Shown here piece by piece: positions 41,016 to 53,600 of a stretch of DNA of 60,373 nucleotides; the stretch's first letter is position 1; the number at the start of each line of letters is the position of its first letter. Below the pieces are notes generated by a model. It had not been told where the DNA came from. It saw only the letters and a list, made by a program, of their open reading frames with translations, and made no database searches. The stretch spans positions 1 to 60,373 of the forward strand of contig LPNZ01009056.1 of NCBI GenBank assembly GCA_001655205.1, given 5' to 3'. The stretch comes from Lenisia limosa (lineage: Eukaryota > Protista > Breviatea). Position numbers and translations under genes: made by a program.

Positions 41016-41499
41016 GGTGGGTGATGTCATCGTGGGAAATGAGAGATTAGATAACATTACTGTAGTAATCGTTGTTTAAGTTGCTTGTATGNNNNNNNNN
41101 NNNNNNNNNNNNNNNNNNNNNNNNNNNNNNNNNNNNNNNNNNNNNNNNNNNNNNNNNNNNNNNNNNNNNNNNNNNNNNNNNNNNNNNNNNNNNNNNNTCA
41201 TGATCCAGGCAGCGGCAGTGAGCGGGTGACTCAATGACAAGTTGTTAGTTCAGATTTATCGTAATCTACTCGCAGATCTTTTATACTTTTGAGATTTTTT
41301 GACCCAGTAATTGAAGAGTTTTTGGTTTATGGATGTATATTCCATTTCTTAAACAAACGCTTTGTTGTATTTGACTTCCACTCATTGAATAGGGTAAAGT
41401 GTTGGTAGATGCTCCTAGGTAAGATGGGCTTCGATATGCTGAAGGCCTTTGAGTTGAATTTCCATCCAGATTTATATAATAGTATATTATATTATTCTA

Positions 41500-44400
41500 T
41501 CTACGTTCTTTGATATCATTCATTCAGGGCAGTGACAGACCTTCCCAAGTTAGCTGTTTCCGCTACTATTCCAGAGATGTTCCGCAAAACACTGGTTTGG
41601 GGCGTATACATATGTAAGGTAATTGCGTTTCAGCTGAAGACATGTGGCTTTTTGTGCTCCATAATTGTGATTAAATTTACTCGGTCCTGTTGATTGTGTA
41701 ATAAATGTTCAGGAGGTCAGCCCCCAACAGCAACCCGACCTTGAGTCCCTTTCACTTCCCATTAATGACCTCGTATGGGGAGTGTTCAGCTCAAAGAGTC
41801 TTATTTCTATCAAACAATTATTCATCAATCTGAGTGAAGTGCTGTACCTTTCCGTTTAAATCTGTTGGAGTATTTTTCAGGGTATACTGTATTGAATGAA
41901 TTACTACTGGAGTTTCACCACAATCATTTAAAACATAGCATACCACGTGAATGGTTGCGTTTAAAATTTTGATCTTATTTTTCTCATTTTGCTATCTTAT
42001 TACTCGATTTCTGACACCAAATAGGAGGTTCAACTTCCAGTACCTCAAGGTGGCTCTACTGCTGAATTGCCCCTCTCATCGATTGCAAATCTCAATGAGG
42101 TCAATCTCCCCCTTCCCTCCCCCGCCGCACCAATGGAGTCTCCTGAACCTCANNNNNNNNNNNNNNNNNNNNNNNNNNNNNNNNNNNNNNNNNNNNNNNN
42201 NNNNNNNNNNNNNNNNNNNNNNNNNNNNNNNNNNNNNNNNNNNNNNNNNNNNNNNNNNNNNNNNNNNNNNNNNNNNTCATCTACGAAACAGTAGTTTTAT
42301 ATTTTCTTTTCATAAATACCAACTCCCCCAACCAACACACATCACTGACCCTTTAGCAAGGCCTGGCCCTCTCCCCCAGTGGGCTCCAAGTCAAGAAGGC
42401 TAGGTATGACAGGAACCACGCTTTGTGTTTTACAGCAAGCTTTGATAATGAAACTGTTTTCTGACCTGCCAGTACCAAGACAGTCACACCCAAAAAGAAG
42501 AAGCTCCTCCCGGCACGGATTAAGCTTGGTAAAGGCCTTCGTTTACAGACCATTCCCCCCCNNNNNNNNNNNNNNNNNNNNNNNNNNNNNNNNNNNNNNN
42601 NNNNNNNNNNNNNNNNNNNNNNNNNNNNNNNNNNNNNNNNNNNNNNNNNNNNNNNNNNNNNNNNNNNNNNNNNNNNNNNNNNNNNNNNNNNNNNNNNNNN
42701 NNNNNNNNNNNNNNNNNNNNNNNNNNNNNNNNNNNNNNNNNNNNNNNNNNNNNNNNNNNNNNNNNNNNNNNNNNNNNNNNNNNNNNNNNNNNNNNNNNNN
42801 NNNNNNNNNNNNCTTCTCCAAATGGAATAGTCATATTAATGAATGCAGCTTCCTCTTCCGGTGTCAACCGAGCCCATTCTTGTGTCATGGGTACCCACTC
42901 TCAGCGACGTTGTCAATATGTATGCAATATGCATCCACAATGGGGGTCCTAGTTCGAAAATGGTTGTGGCTGTAAGTAAATTACCTTTTTTTCTCTGGAA
43001 GGAGTGATTTCCTATAACTTATTTTTGCAAAAGTAATGAATTTTTGGTGTTGGCAAGACTTTTCCTGTTTCCATGGTACATGCTGTATTTTTTTTATCTT
43101 CCTCGTGTTCAATATGGGCGAATATTATTACCCTTCATATCAATAATAATTTGACTTTAGAGCTTCATCAAGTAAAGACAGAAATAGTCGAAATTTTTCG
43201 AGTTTTTCAAGATTTGTCAAGAATGCAGTCTTTACATCGATATAATAGTGAATCCTTAACGAATGGCTATTTGACACCGCAGTCCAGACAGCCGTCTTCA
43301 GCCACGCTTCAAGAACATCCTTGTTGATGGCGAGAACAAGGTGATCAACCCCTTGAGCTCGGCTGTTTTATCCGAATCTGTGGGAATNNNNNNNNNNNNN
43401 NNNNNNNNNNNNNNNNNNNNNNNNNNNNNNNNNNNNNNNNNNNNNNNNNNNNNNNNNNNNNNTAAACGTTTTTAGTTGATTCTAAATTATGGGGGGGTTT
43501 TTTTTGTATAGGTACATTAAAATATTATTACAGTATATTGTGAGTATGTTTTGTTAACCACCCTGTACCACCAGGTAGTTGCGTTCAACACGTGTGGATT
43601 TCCCCTCAGCATGGATGTCATTCTTGACCCTTCTGGAGGTATGCCTATTAATAATACAATTAACTTTGGGCTTTTTTTTGTTTCATAAATTTCCAACCCC
43701 CCCCCCCTATACAGCTTANNNNNNNNNNNNNNNNNNNNNNNNNNNNNNNNNNNNNNNNNNNNNNNNNNNNNNNNNNNNNNNNNNNNNNNNNAGAGTTGAT
43801 TTCTGGGTTTGTTTTTGTCATAAATTTCAATTTTCGCACACAAAATAACAAATAGTAACCTTTTCATAATGGATTCTCATACTGCTGATAATAAATCGGC
43901 AGGCTCTGTGCGACTTATTTAACTCGTTTAATGCACACCCACCCCGAAACCTAACGAGCGGTGGGGATGCTCCTGCACCCCCACCCCTCCNNNNNNNNNN
44001 NNNNNNNNNNNNNNNNNNNNNNNNNNNNNNNNNNNNNNNNNNNNNNNNNNNNNNNNNNNNNNNNNNNNNNNNNNNNNNNNNNNNNNNNNNNNNNNNNNNN
44101 NNNNNNNNNNNNNNNNNNNNNNNNNNCAAACCACGCGCAACTCTCCGATTGCGGCTCAAGGATGGGTCGAAATATGGGCTAGCGCACCCGGGAATGTGGG
44201 AGGGGGGGGAGGTATGAGGTTCAAAAATGGAATTATGCAATCTTATTATAGGATGGGAGCAAGGTATCTTGGAATGTGGGGGACGGGGGGACCTTGTGAT
44301 CAAACTTGTCATGACCAAACTTGTCATGACTTGTGGATTAATGTGACCAAACTTGTCATGACTTGTGGATTAATCTTCGATCGATTCGATAATAATACTA

Positions 44401-47400
44401 ACGTAAAACCATAGATACACTATTATTATGCTTTTGTATGTGTGGAACTCCACTAAATCTGTCACATTGTGGCAAATAGCTGCCCCTCATTCTCAAGGCC
44501 CCTGTCTTCCACTTTGTCTTTGAAGTCCCAGCCGTCCCGGCTTCTCTCAAATGGATGTAGGCTGTTGCGTGACGCTGAATTGTGTCTGATACAATTCGTA
44601 CAATTGTTTGATAGTCAATCAAGGGCTTTTCAATTGCAAAAGCTGTGTTGACGATTTCAATACAAGCTACTGCTACTTCTACAAATGATACTCATATTAT
44701 TCATTGCTTCCAAAAACACGTTCATTCGATTTCATTTATTATCTCACTTCATTAACCCCCCCCCCCTTCATATGACAATTCTGACCCTCAAAGCCCCCAT
44801 TCATCATCCTCATCCCGGGCCGGCCTTCTGATGGCTGTTTGCAACGGCGAATTGCTGTGCCTCTCCGTACCCCTTGCGATGTATGTGGCTTTAAAGAGGG
44901 AGGGAGAGGTCAAATTAGGATCCTTTACGGTAACTAGATTTCCGTGTTTTGTGAAACTTTTTTTTTTATCTCCACAGATTAAATCTCGTAATTATGTGCT
45001 TGCCATAGAGACGAAAAGTAAAACTGTAGTTTATTTCACCTAGGGCCATCACCACCCATCTCCAAACCAATCCTCGTGACCCTGACCTTCCTCCTCTCAA
45101 TGGCAGCAAGCCCCTCTCAATCACACTCAAGGAACTGTGGGGGGTCAATTCTCTGCTTTTTTGCAAGATCCGTTTGGTTCATGAGTATATAAATAGCATT
45201 TATAGTGGGGAGGCACGGGGAAAGCGGTGTGAACAGAGTTGTTAGGCAAATAATTGGGTGAATTAATATTATGCTATAATCCAATATCTCTTNNNNNNNN
45301 NNNNNNNNNNNNNNNNNNNNNNNNNNNNNNNNNNNNNNNNNNNNNNNNNNNNNNNNNNNNNNNNNNNNNNNNNNNNNNNNNNNNNNNNNNNNNNNNNNNN
45401 NNNNNNNNNNNNNNNNGTTTCATCATTTTCCACCTTACTATCTTACTACCCCCTTTTTTATAAGAAAATTTCACTTTCACCTCACCCGCCCCCCCCTCTC
45501 CAGGTGCAAATTCAAACCTCTGAGCGGTGCGGTCCTGTCAGTGGATGCCATGGTGTACATGTCTCCGATTGGCCCGGAAGTACATATTGCAGCTGCGACC
45601 CAGTGCGGTGTGTGGAGTGCTTGGGAGCAAGGAACTCAATTGGGGCTTCCCTTCGGTTCGAAAAAAGACTGAATTTTATCGATAAATCCTCACAAGCTAT
45701 CGATATTTACCGGTCTTTTTCGAACCGAAGTGAAGCCTCAACCACAAGGTACACCATTACAGAGGATATATATAAAAGTTGTTTTTTTTCTCTAGTTAGA
45801 ACAGGAATAGAATATGCACAACAAATTTCGGTTCACCCCATGTGTGCTAGATCCCTAAATACATTGTCTGACTCGTTTTCTTCTTCTTGCTGTTTGTTTC
45901 ATAAATTGTCAATCTTCACCCCCCCCCCCAGGGCTCTATCTCCTCCGTCTTAGCGAGAACGAGGCTGAATGGCTTGAAGGCACTCCTGGCCTCTCAGACG
46001 CTGTCAAAGTACCGGGTAGGCTGAGTAGAGTGTCAAGTAGTATGTATGCTATATTGCCAGTTATTGTTTTCTATCTGAATACGTGATGCAATAATCTAGT
46101 AGTATAACAAAAAGTGGCTAATGTGACTACAAAGATATTGGACGTGTAGGGGCTTGTCTATTGGTATTATATGCATTTTGTTAAACGTAGGAAATGGGTT
46201 GATGAAGCTTTATCTCAACGCTTTACATTTTGCTGACAGTGAATATACAACCACCTCCTTCTGCCCCCTTGACACTCTAGGATGCCGTGGATGTGTCGTC
46301 AATGCAGTTTTCGACCCACTTCGCCCCCGAGTAGCTGGTCTCTCTGAAATCTCCACTGATGAGTAGGCTTCTCAGAACACAGAATTGTTCTTCTTACAGG
46401 CATGCTCCTGAACTGTTGTAAAATATCGCCACTGTTTTCTTGTTTCCTAATGTTCCATCTCCTCCTTAAATGGGTTACTAATACGTTGAATTTTTGTCGA
46501 CATATTTTCCACCACATCCCCATCTAATCTGTTACCCCCCCCCCCCNNNNNNNNNNNNNNNNNNNNNNNNNNNNNNNNNNNNNNNNNNNNNNNNNNNNNN
46601 NNNNNNNNNNNNNNNNNNNNNNNNNNNNNNNNNNNNNNNNNNNNNNNNNNNNNNNNNNNNNNNNNNNNNNNNNNNNNNNTACAAGGAAGCCTCTCGTCTG
46701 AGTCTTGCGACGAGTAATGGACTTGGTAAGGGTGTGGAGGTATTGACTATGTATAATTTTGACTCAAGCTTCATAAATACACTACTTTCTACTTTATTTT
46801 TCATTTCTACATAGTGACCGGGATAAGTCTTGACCGATTGTCCTTGGGAAATCACATAGTGAATCGGTCAAGACTTATCCCGGTCACTGTATATCATATA
46901 ACTATCAACACGAAAACATCATTGGTCAGTCAAATTACCCTCCAGCGGTTCTCTCCGATTATGTTGGTGCCTCAACCCAGGAGCCAAACAGGTTCATCTT
47001 TGACAACTTCTGCCTCCCTGTCGCTGACATGCCTTCGGTACGTCTGGATTTGGGTAGGAGAAGTTTTCAGAGTAATGGCTTGTGAGTACATACAAAGAGA
47101 GAGAAAGATTAACATTTACAAGTAACATAAAATACGGTTACTATGATGTTTGGGCATATTTAATCAATTCCCTTGCGTTTCTCAACTCTATTTCAGATAG
47201 TTTTGACCCTAAATTTTGTGACTCTTTAGGCCCACTCGTCTTCCCACGTCACCCACAGTCATGGTAAGTTTCTTTGATTATTTAATGGAAATACTTTTTG
47301 AAGTGAGTCCAGATACTTCAATTAATTTTCAAAATAAATTATCTGCACCATGGAATACTCGTTATTTTCCTCTCATGTCTTCAGCTGTATCATATACTTA

Positions 47401-50400
47401 TGTACATGCTACTGAAAATTAATGCTGTTCTCATTTTGCTGCATATTAAACCCTGCAGTTCTTGGCGACGCATCAGGCACTGTCCTCCACTTTGCGATTG
47501 ACGGATGCAACCCTGACACCAAGTCCAAGGTCAAGTCCTACCCTGAACCAGTCCAGATCCTGCAGAAGGTGTTTAGGGCGTCCCAAAGCTGATTCATGTT
47601 CCTCATCTGCCTACAGAGTGCTTCATAACAAGGACGTGCTCTACTCCTTCCTCCCCGTCATTTCACGATTCAGTTCAAGTTTACGGACGAGAACGGTGGT
47701 ACTCTGGCCCTCTCAACCAAGCCCATTGACGCTGGACAAGTCAATCGCGTCACTACCAAGAACTCTTCCGTTCTTCGTGAGAAGGGGTGATCATTCAGAG
47801 ACAAGAGAATAACCAAAAAAGTATATCTTACGTCACTCAAAGCATAAGAATGAAGCCATGTAACCTCCCCCATCCATCCCCTTTGTTATTTTTTTTTTAT
47901 GAGTCTCACATGTCTAGAAATGAAGAGAGGCATGAATTCAAGTAAGCAAGGAGTTCAGTTAATCGCTCCTTCTAAACGTGGAGCTTGTTTTATTTTGAGA
48001 GATAGTACAAAGGAGGACATGATTTTTTATTGGTATCGTATAACCAAGCTGCATTATCAAACATCAAACCAAGTACCTTTCACATTGTTGCTCTATTGCA
48101 TCAAGAGATCTGAGAACCCTATTCCCTCCTAAACAGCTGTATCAACAGTTTTTTCACTCTACATCAAAAACAACATCATCAAATGCACTGACCATCCAGC
48201 CGAAATTGAGGCTCTTGCAGTGCGTGGTATGAATCAGATCATGACCTTTGAACCTTCTAATGACTACGCCCACCCCCCTGCTGTCCCGCCCCATATGCTA
48301 CAGGTAATTTGCTTGGAAGTTATGTGTTGAAATTAATTATTTGATATTAAAACTTCAAACAAAAACAAACTAAAGTGACAACTATCCCCCCCTTCTCTCT
48401 CTTCAGTTTTTAGTTGATCTCACCCGACCAACACCACTAACAATTTAGTATGTTCCGTGCGTAAAGATTTGCCCTCTGACTGCGGATCAGACCCGTGGTG
48501 TGATCTCGGAAAAGAGGCCTATGCCCGAAGTGCAGGTTGGGGGGGTATTACAGTACTAAGAGTAATTACTAAACAAACAGTTGATGAGGTAATTAATATT
48601 GTGTATCTATCAATGCTGATTTGTTTCTTGACTAATTTTTCTTTCTTGTAGTGTAATTAACTTGGCTTTTGTTTTGTTGTTTGCAAACCTCTTACCTCTC
48701 TCTCTCTCTCTCTCTCTCTCCTCTCCTCTTCTCTCCAGCATCCTCTTGACATGAAGAATAGCGAATCTGGTACTAAATATAGTATCAATAAATTTTCTTC
48801 GTTCTACTGTCACACTCTCCATTGTTCTATTTTCTCTTTATGGCATTTACCGGATCCCTTATTGATTTTCAGGTGGTTAGCTGCACCCTCGCTGGTCTGG
48901 TGGTTATCAACTCCGTCGCTCCGACAAATTGCTTGGCTAGGTAGGAGGAGGGTATGGTTTACTTCGAGTGAGACAGATATTTTGGGGGGAAAAGGGGGAA
49001 GGGGGGTTGCCTGTATATTTCTGATGATATATCAATAGAAAATATCATTTTGATAGTATTACATACTATGAGATATCAATTGTGGAAGGAGATAGGTTGG
49101 AAAATGACCAAAACCAAGCTCTACTCTAATTATCATGATTGGGTGAATAAATAGTACGCTCTAATTTACCATCTCATTTAAGCATGATGGTGTGGAAGGC
49201 TTCTGCCAGACACTCTAATTTACCATCTCATCTAAGCATGATGGTGTGGACGGCTTTGGCCAGACACTATAATCCAATATCTCTTCTAAGCATGATGGTG
49301 TGGAAGGCTTCTGCCAGGCACAACCTTGTTTCTTCTTTCTTATTGCTGTGTAATACACTGAATAGAGAGCCAGTGATGCGCTGGGTGTCATAATATGGCT
49401 ATTTTGTGATTATTATTGATATTCAAGAATGAAACTGAAGCCCAAAACCCCTGCAAAAGCCAATGAAACACGTGGAAGGAAGAAGAAAGTTGTTGTTGAC
49501 GTATGGAGAGGGGTGTCAGATTTTCACTTTATAGCTTTTGAATATGTACATAGCATGATGTATTTAATCTTGTATTTTTATAATATGATGCCTCAACCCT
49601 TGCATAGTACGTACGCCTTTCGATTGAACACAACCCTTTCAAATGCGATCATTTGGATAGTCTTGACACTGCTCTGTTCTCATTTCAAAGTACATTTAAG
49701 TCCCAACTCTATTTTAACCTGTATTGTACCCTTCCCACCTCTATTTCCCATTCAACAAGACACTGTTCACCATCAGGATGATGACGTTGTGATAGCGAAG
49801 CGAACGGGTGCGTCGAAGGTGATCACTGAAGATGGTCCTGAAGAAGCGGCTGAGGTGGGCAGCTTCTGTGCAAGTTTTTTTTGGGGAAATTTGAATTATT
49901 TGTAATATGCATTTGCAATTATTCTCTTCAGTCATGCTTTTTCTCATGATGGAGGGGTAATGGTTCAGCCACATTTCTTCAGATTTGATCTTTTATTTAT
50001 ATCTTTTGTCTTCTGCTTTTAAATAATTTACACTTGCTTCAACCTTCGTTAAAAGGATACAGTAGTAGTGCTGTACCTGTAAATAACTTACCATATTAGG
50101 CAACTTCCGAGATAGTTGCTGAAGAGCCTTCATCTATTGAGCCTGTTCTCCCCTCTGTTCCTCTCAATGAGAGTTAATTTGTTTATGTTGTTGTATTGTT
50201 GTATTGAAAATGTACTATTATTATCTTTGCTTGAATCTGCGTAGAACGATGTGTTCTCTTCAGGTCGATCTATCTTGCGGATAGGAGAACAGAATTCAAA
50301 TACTCCATTCATGGTTACATAGGCTATTATGTATTAGGGAGGAAGGAGAGGGTTTGGCTTTTTGTCTGATATAACTGGTTTGGAATTAAAGCTCTCCTCC

Positions 50401-50520
50401 CCTAACATCCATAAGCTCAACTTAAAGCAGGGTGGGTTCAGAATTGACTCGGATTTTCGTTCAATTTTTTCTCAGATTGGTGCATTGAACGATATTCACT
50501 CCAGCTTGGAGTCTTTCTGA
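41500..50520 (+). CDS. One or more multi-exon hypothetical genes; family not recognised; heavily gapped
   Basis: Many GT-AG exons, e.g. EVQLPVPQGGSTAELPLSSIANLNEVNLP, PDSRLQPRFKNILVDGENKVINP, VVAFNTCGFPLSMDVILDPSG, GLYLLRLSENEAEWLEGTPG, KNNIIKCTDHPAEIEALAVRG, MKLKPKTPAKANETRGRKKK and LSSPNIHKLNLKQGGFRIDSDF..LESF* (stop ~50520). Gene boundaries unresolved. Confidence 0.45.
44297..44374. repeat. Nested short tandem repeats (caaacttgtcatgac x3; ttgtggattaat x2)
   Basis: Read directly from the sequence. Confidence 0.9.
45641..45740. mobile_element. ~100 bp hAT-like MITE, copy 2 (inverted relative to copy 3)
   Basis: tggggcttcccttcggttcgaaaaaagac..ggtctttttcgaaccgaagtgaagcctca; the interior is the reverse complement of the 54000 copy interior. 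Confidence 0.75.
46812..46889. mobile_element. 78-bp hairpin MITE, Tc1/mariner-like ends
   Basis: Perfect 27-bp inverted repeat, agtgaccgggataagtcttgaccgatt (46813-46839) and its complement (46862-46888), with a 22-nt spacer. The right end reads ..CACTG|TA. Confidence 0.75.
48696..48738 (+). repeat. (CT)n microsatellite acting as a polypyrimidine tract
   Basis: The CT run ends at ctctccag, immediately before exon HPLDMKNSES. Confidence 0.85.
49159..49321 (+). repeat. 54-bp minisatellite, 3 units; related dispersed copies elsewhere
   Basis: Units start at 49159, 49213 and 49267, with core taagcatgatggtgtgga(a/c)ggctt(ct/tg)gccag(a/g)cac. Related pieces lie at 29126-29149, 45272-45292 and 60018-60057. 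Confidence 0.92.
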
Positions 50521-50666
50521 AGTAAAGGGTAGTTATTAACAAAAAAGTAATTTGTTTCAAAGAAGTCAGAACATTTTTCTGTATCCGTGACATTTTTCTA
50601 AATTACCAACCAAATGATGCCAAACATGCTATATTCAAAGGCTCCACTTAAGGACCCCTCAGAGGT

Positions 50667-53600
50667 TTATAAGGCGTTGTAGGCGGGCGGGGCAGAGGGT
50701 GCAGGGTGGCTGTTGTATGGCGAATGATCAGTTACTTCATCGTATGCGGGCAGCACTTCTTCGTCANNNNNNNNNNNNNNNNNNNNNNNNNNNNNNNNNN
50801 NNNNNNNNNNNNNNNNNNNNNNNCCCTTGGACTTGGGAGGCGCACTCGGAGCAGGTGATTGTGACGGTGCGGGTGAAGGTGAGTTGTTCACGTCACTTTG
50901 TAGTCGTGCGTATTCCTGGCGCATTTTCTGATCCATGAGGCTTATTTAAACTGGTCCAACGAGTTGAAATATATTAATGGAATTGTGTTCTTTTCCAAAT
51001 TTAAGATTTGAACAATTGATATGATATTTAGCCAGTACTCTTCCTACGGAAAGTTTGGCCTCCATGTCCGATGTTTGCTTATTAAGAAGTTTGACTCGTT
51101 CATTAGCAGCTTTTCTTTGTTTCTGAAGAATTATAAATCATCATTTCGAAAGTTNNNNNNNNNNNNNNNNNNNNNNNNNNNNNNNNNNNNNNNNNNNNNN
51201 NNNNNNNNNNNNNNNNNNNNNNNNNNNNNNNNNNNNNNNNNNNNNNNNNNNNNNNNNNNNNNNNNNNNNNNNNNNNNNNNNNNNNNNNNNNNNNNNNNNN
51301 NNNNNNNNNNNNNNNNNNNNNNNNNNNNNNNNNNNNNNNNNNNNNNNNNNNNNNNNNNNNNTAACATAAAAAAGATATGAATGTTATTTTGAAGCATCCA
51401 AGTACATCCCATTGCATGATATTTATGGCGGCTGCACATATTTTTTCTCTCTCACAAATCTACCTCTAGACATTCAGCATAAAGTCCCAAATTTCAGAAA
51501 ATATACCAATGTGTAACCTACAGTAACCTCGTTGAGCCGACGAGTAGCATTGTCACTGATACTAGTTAGAATATAATTAAATTCCTGACTAAGAAAATGG
51601 AAAAAATACATCAAAAAGGCTTTTGTTGTTCCATAAAATGTGGTACTCATGGTATATAATACATACATGACATATAAATTAGTAGTATAATACATCTATC
51701 AATCAAATGTTATCAAATATGAAACAGTCCAACAGTAACTTATTACACACCTACGGCTAAATAATAACCAAATCACACCGTCGTTCCCTGGCAAGCCGCT
51801 CTTCCTCTCTGCGCAGACTCGAAATGTGCGATACTTCCGATTTCGGATTATTGATGTAGCAACCAAGGTCATTTCGGCCTTTAACCTTCGAAATAAGTCA
51901 CATCGTGGTCTATTCAGGCGTACTGGAGTTGATTTATATTTATTTAAAGAACAAGTAGTAAGGTTTACCCTTATTTCGAAAAAAATCAATTCACGGGCTA
52001 TCCAAGTCACCATGTTTTGATTTATACTTCTTCATTCACTTTTAGAGTCAAATTTTTGAGCTATCATGGTGTCAACAAAACGTAGCAAAAATAAATACGA
52101 GGTTGAATGTGATAATTAATCCATCTCTTACAGAACCTTTATAAGTGAGATAAAATATAGATGAAATATAATTTTAATAATTAAAAATATTTAATTTGGA
52201 GGTTACACACCCTCCACCCCAAGGAAGAGTGTCAAGAGGGTCTGGGTACCCACTTTGATAATGAGAGGATCGTACTTGAGCTTAGAGAGTCCAGTCACTT
52301 TGCGGTCTAAAACGTAAGCAAATTCATACAAGAATAGCAAAGAGCAAATCTTCACATTTCTGGCTCAATAATATTATATTACTAAATAATATTATAATAT
52401 GATATACTACATTTCTCAAAAGTAATTGTTTGAGCAATGTATGTAATTACCAGGATTTTGATCTGATCATTATAATTGTTCAAACTCCGTAACTTATGTA
52501 TTCAGAGCAGAAAATGCATACTAATGATAGTTACGATGCAACCTCTATGATATACAATAATAACAATGACAAGGTTCAATAATAGGTTGCATGACAGAAA
52601 ATCAGGGAATAAATACATATCACATATTATATGACAAACCAACCACATTATAAAACTGCCATATCATATTAGTGTATTTATCTACTTCCTCTTACAGTCT
52701 CTAGCAAGTGACAAATCGTGATTTATCTGTGGATAATGAGGAAGTGGAGAACAATTGAAAGGACAAGATTGATGAAAAGAGTTAAAGTTTTCCAAGAAAC
52801 AAAATTTCATAGAAATGCATGAGATACTGAAAAAGAAATGGACAAGAGATCATGGGCTCAAAGCATCCTTTACCTGAGAAACATTAGTATGTAGTATGTC
52901 TACTCACCATGGAAGAGTTGCGAATATTCAGTTGCCGCCACCCATCTTACAGAAACAGGAATACCGAAGCAGATACATTGGGTGACCGAAAAGAAAATGA
53001 TGCTTACTGGAGGAGGGGGAAGTGGTTAAGCTATTCTCCAGATATTTTGCTTTGAGTACCCATATCTTCAAATATTAACTGTTTGAATGAATGTCCAACT
53101 TGGCATGACGATAGATAAGAAAACTTTCAACTAGAAAATCTATTCAATATTGGAAATATTGCCCGCAGTATTTAAATTTGATGTATTTGTACCTTTTTCA
53201 AATTGAACTTCAGAGAGAAAAACTAAAAAACATCCACTTGCCTACAAATTGCTCCAACAATTAACGTGACAAATCCGTTCTCTTCCTGTGGAATATCCAT
53301 GGCAACTACATAATGTGAATAAAACACTTATCACTCATTAACCAAATTGATCATCTTATTAACGGTGTTATACATCGTAGATGTTACAGTGTCAGGACAA
53401 ATTGGTCACACAATATAAACCCTCCTACCCAAGGTATAATAGTTTTTCTTGAGATTATGAGTGGTCAACACATGAGCAAAGGCATCATTAACCCAAGGCT
53501 TGCCAGCAGAAATATCTAAACATGAAAAACTCAACAAAGAAGAGTATATCAGTAGTTTCAGATGAAGATAAGGGATATGAATTAGGTGAAAGTATCATGC

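Noticed and set aside
47600-47790. Alternate frame HFTIQFKFTDENGGTLALSTKPI suggesting a CudA/STAT-like DNA-binding domain
   Set aside because: Splice phase with the upstream exon gives a stop in that frame; the other frame stays open.
49159-49321. CRISPR-like array
   Set aside because: The inter-repeat segments are short and near-identical rather than unique spacers, no cas genes are present, and the context is a eukaryotic intron.
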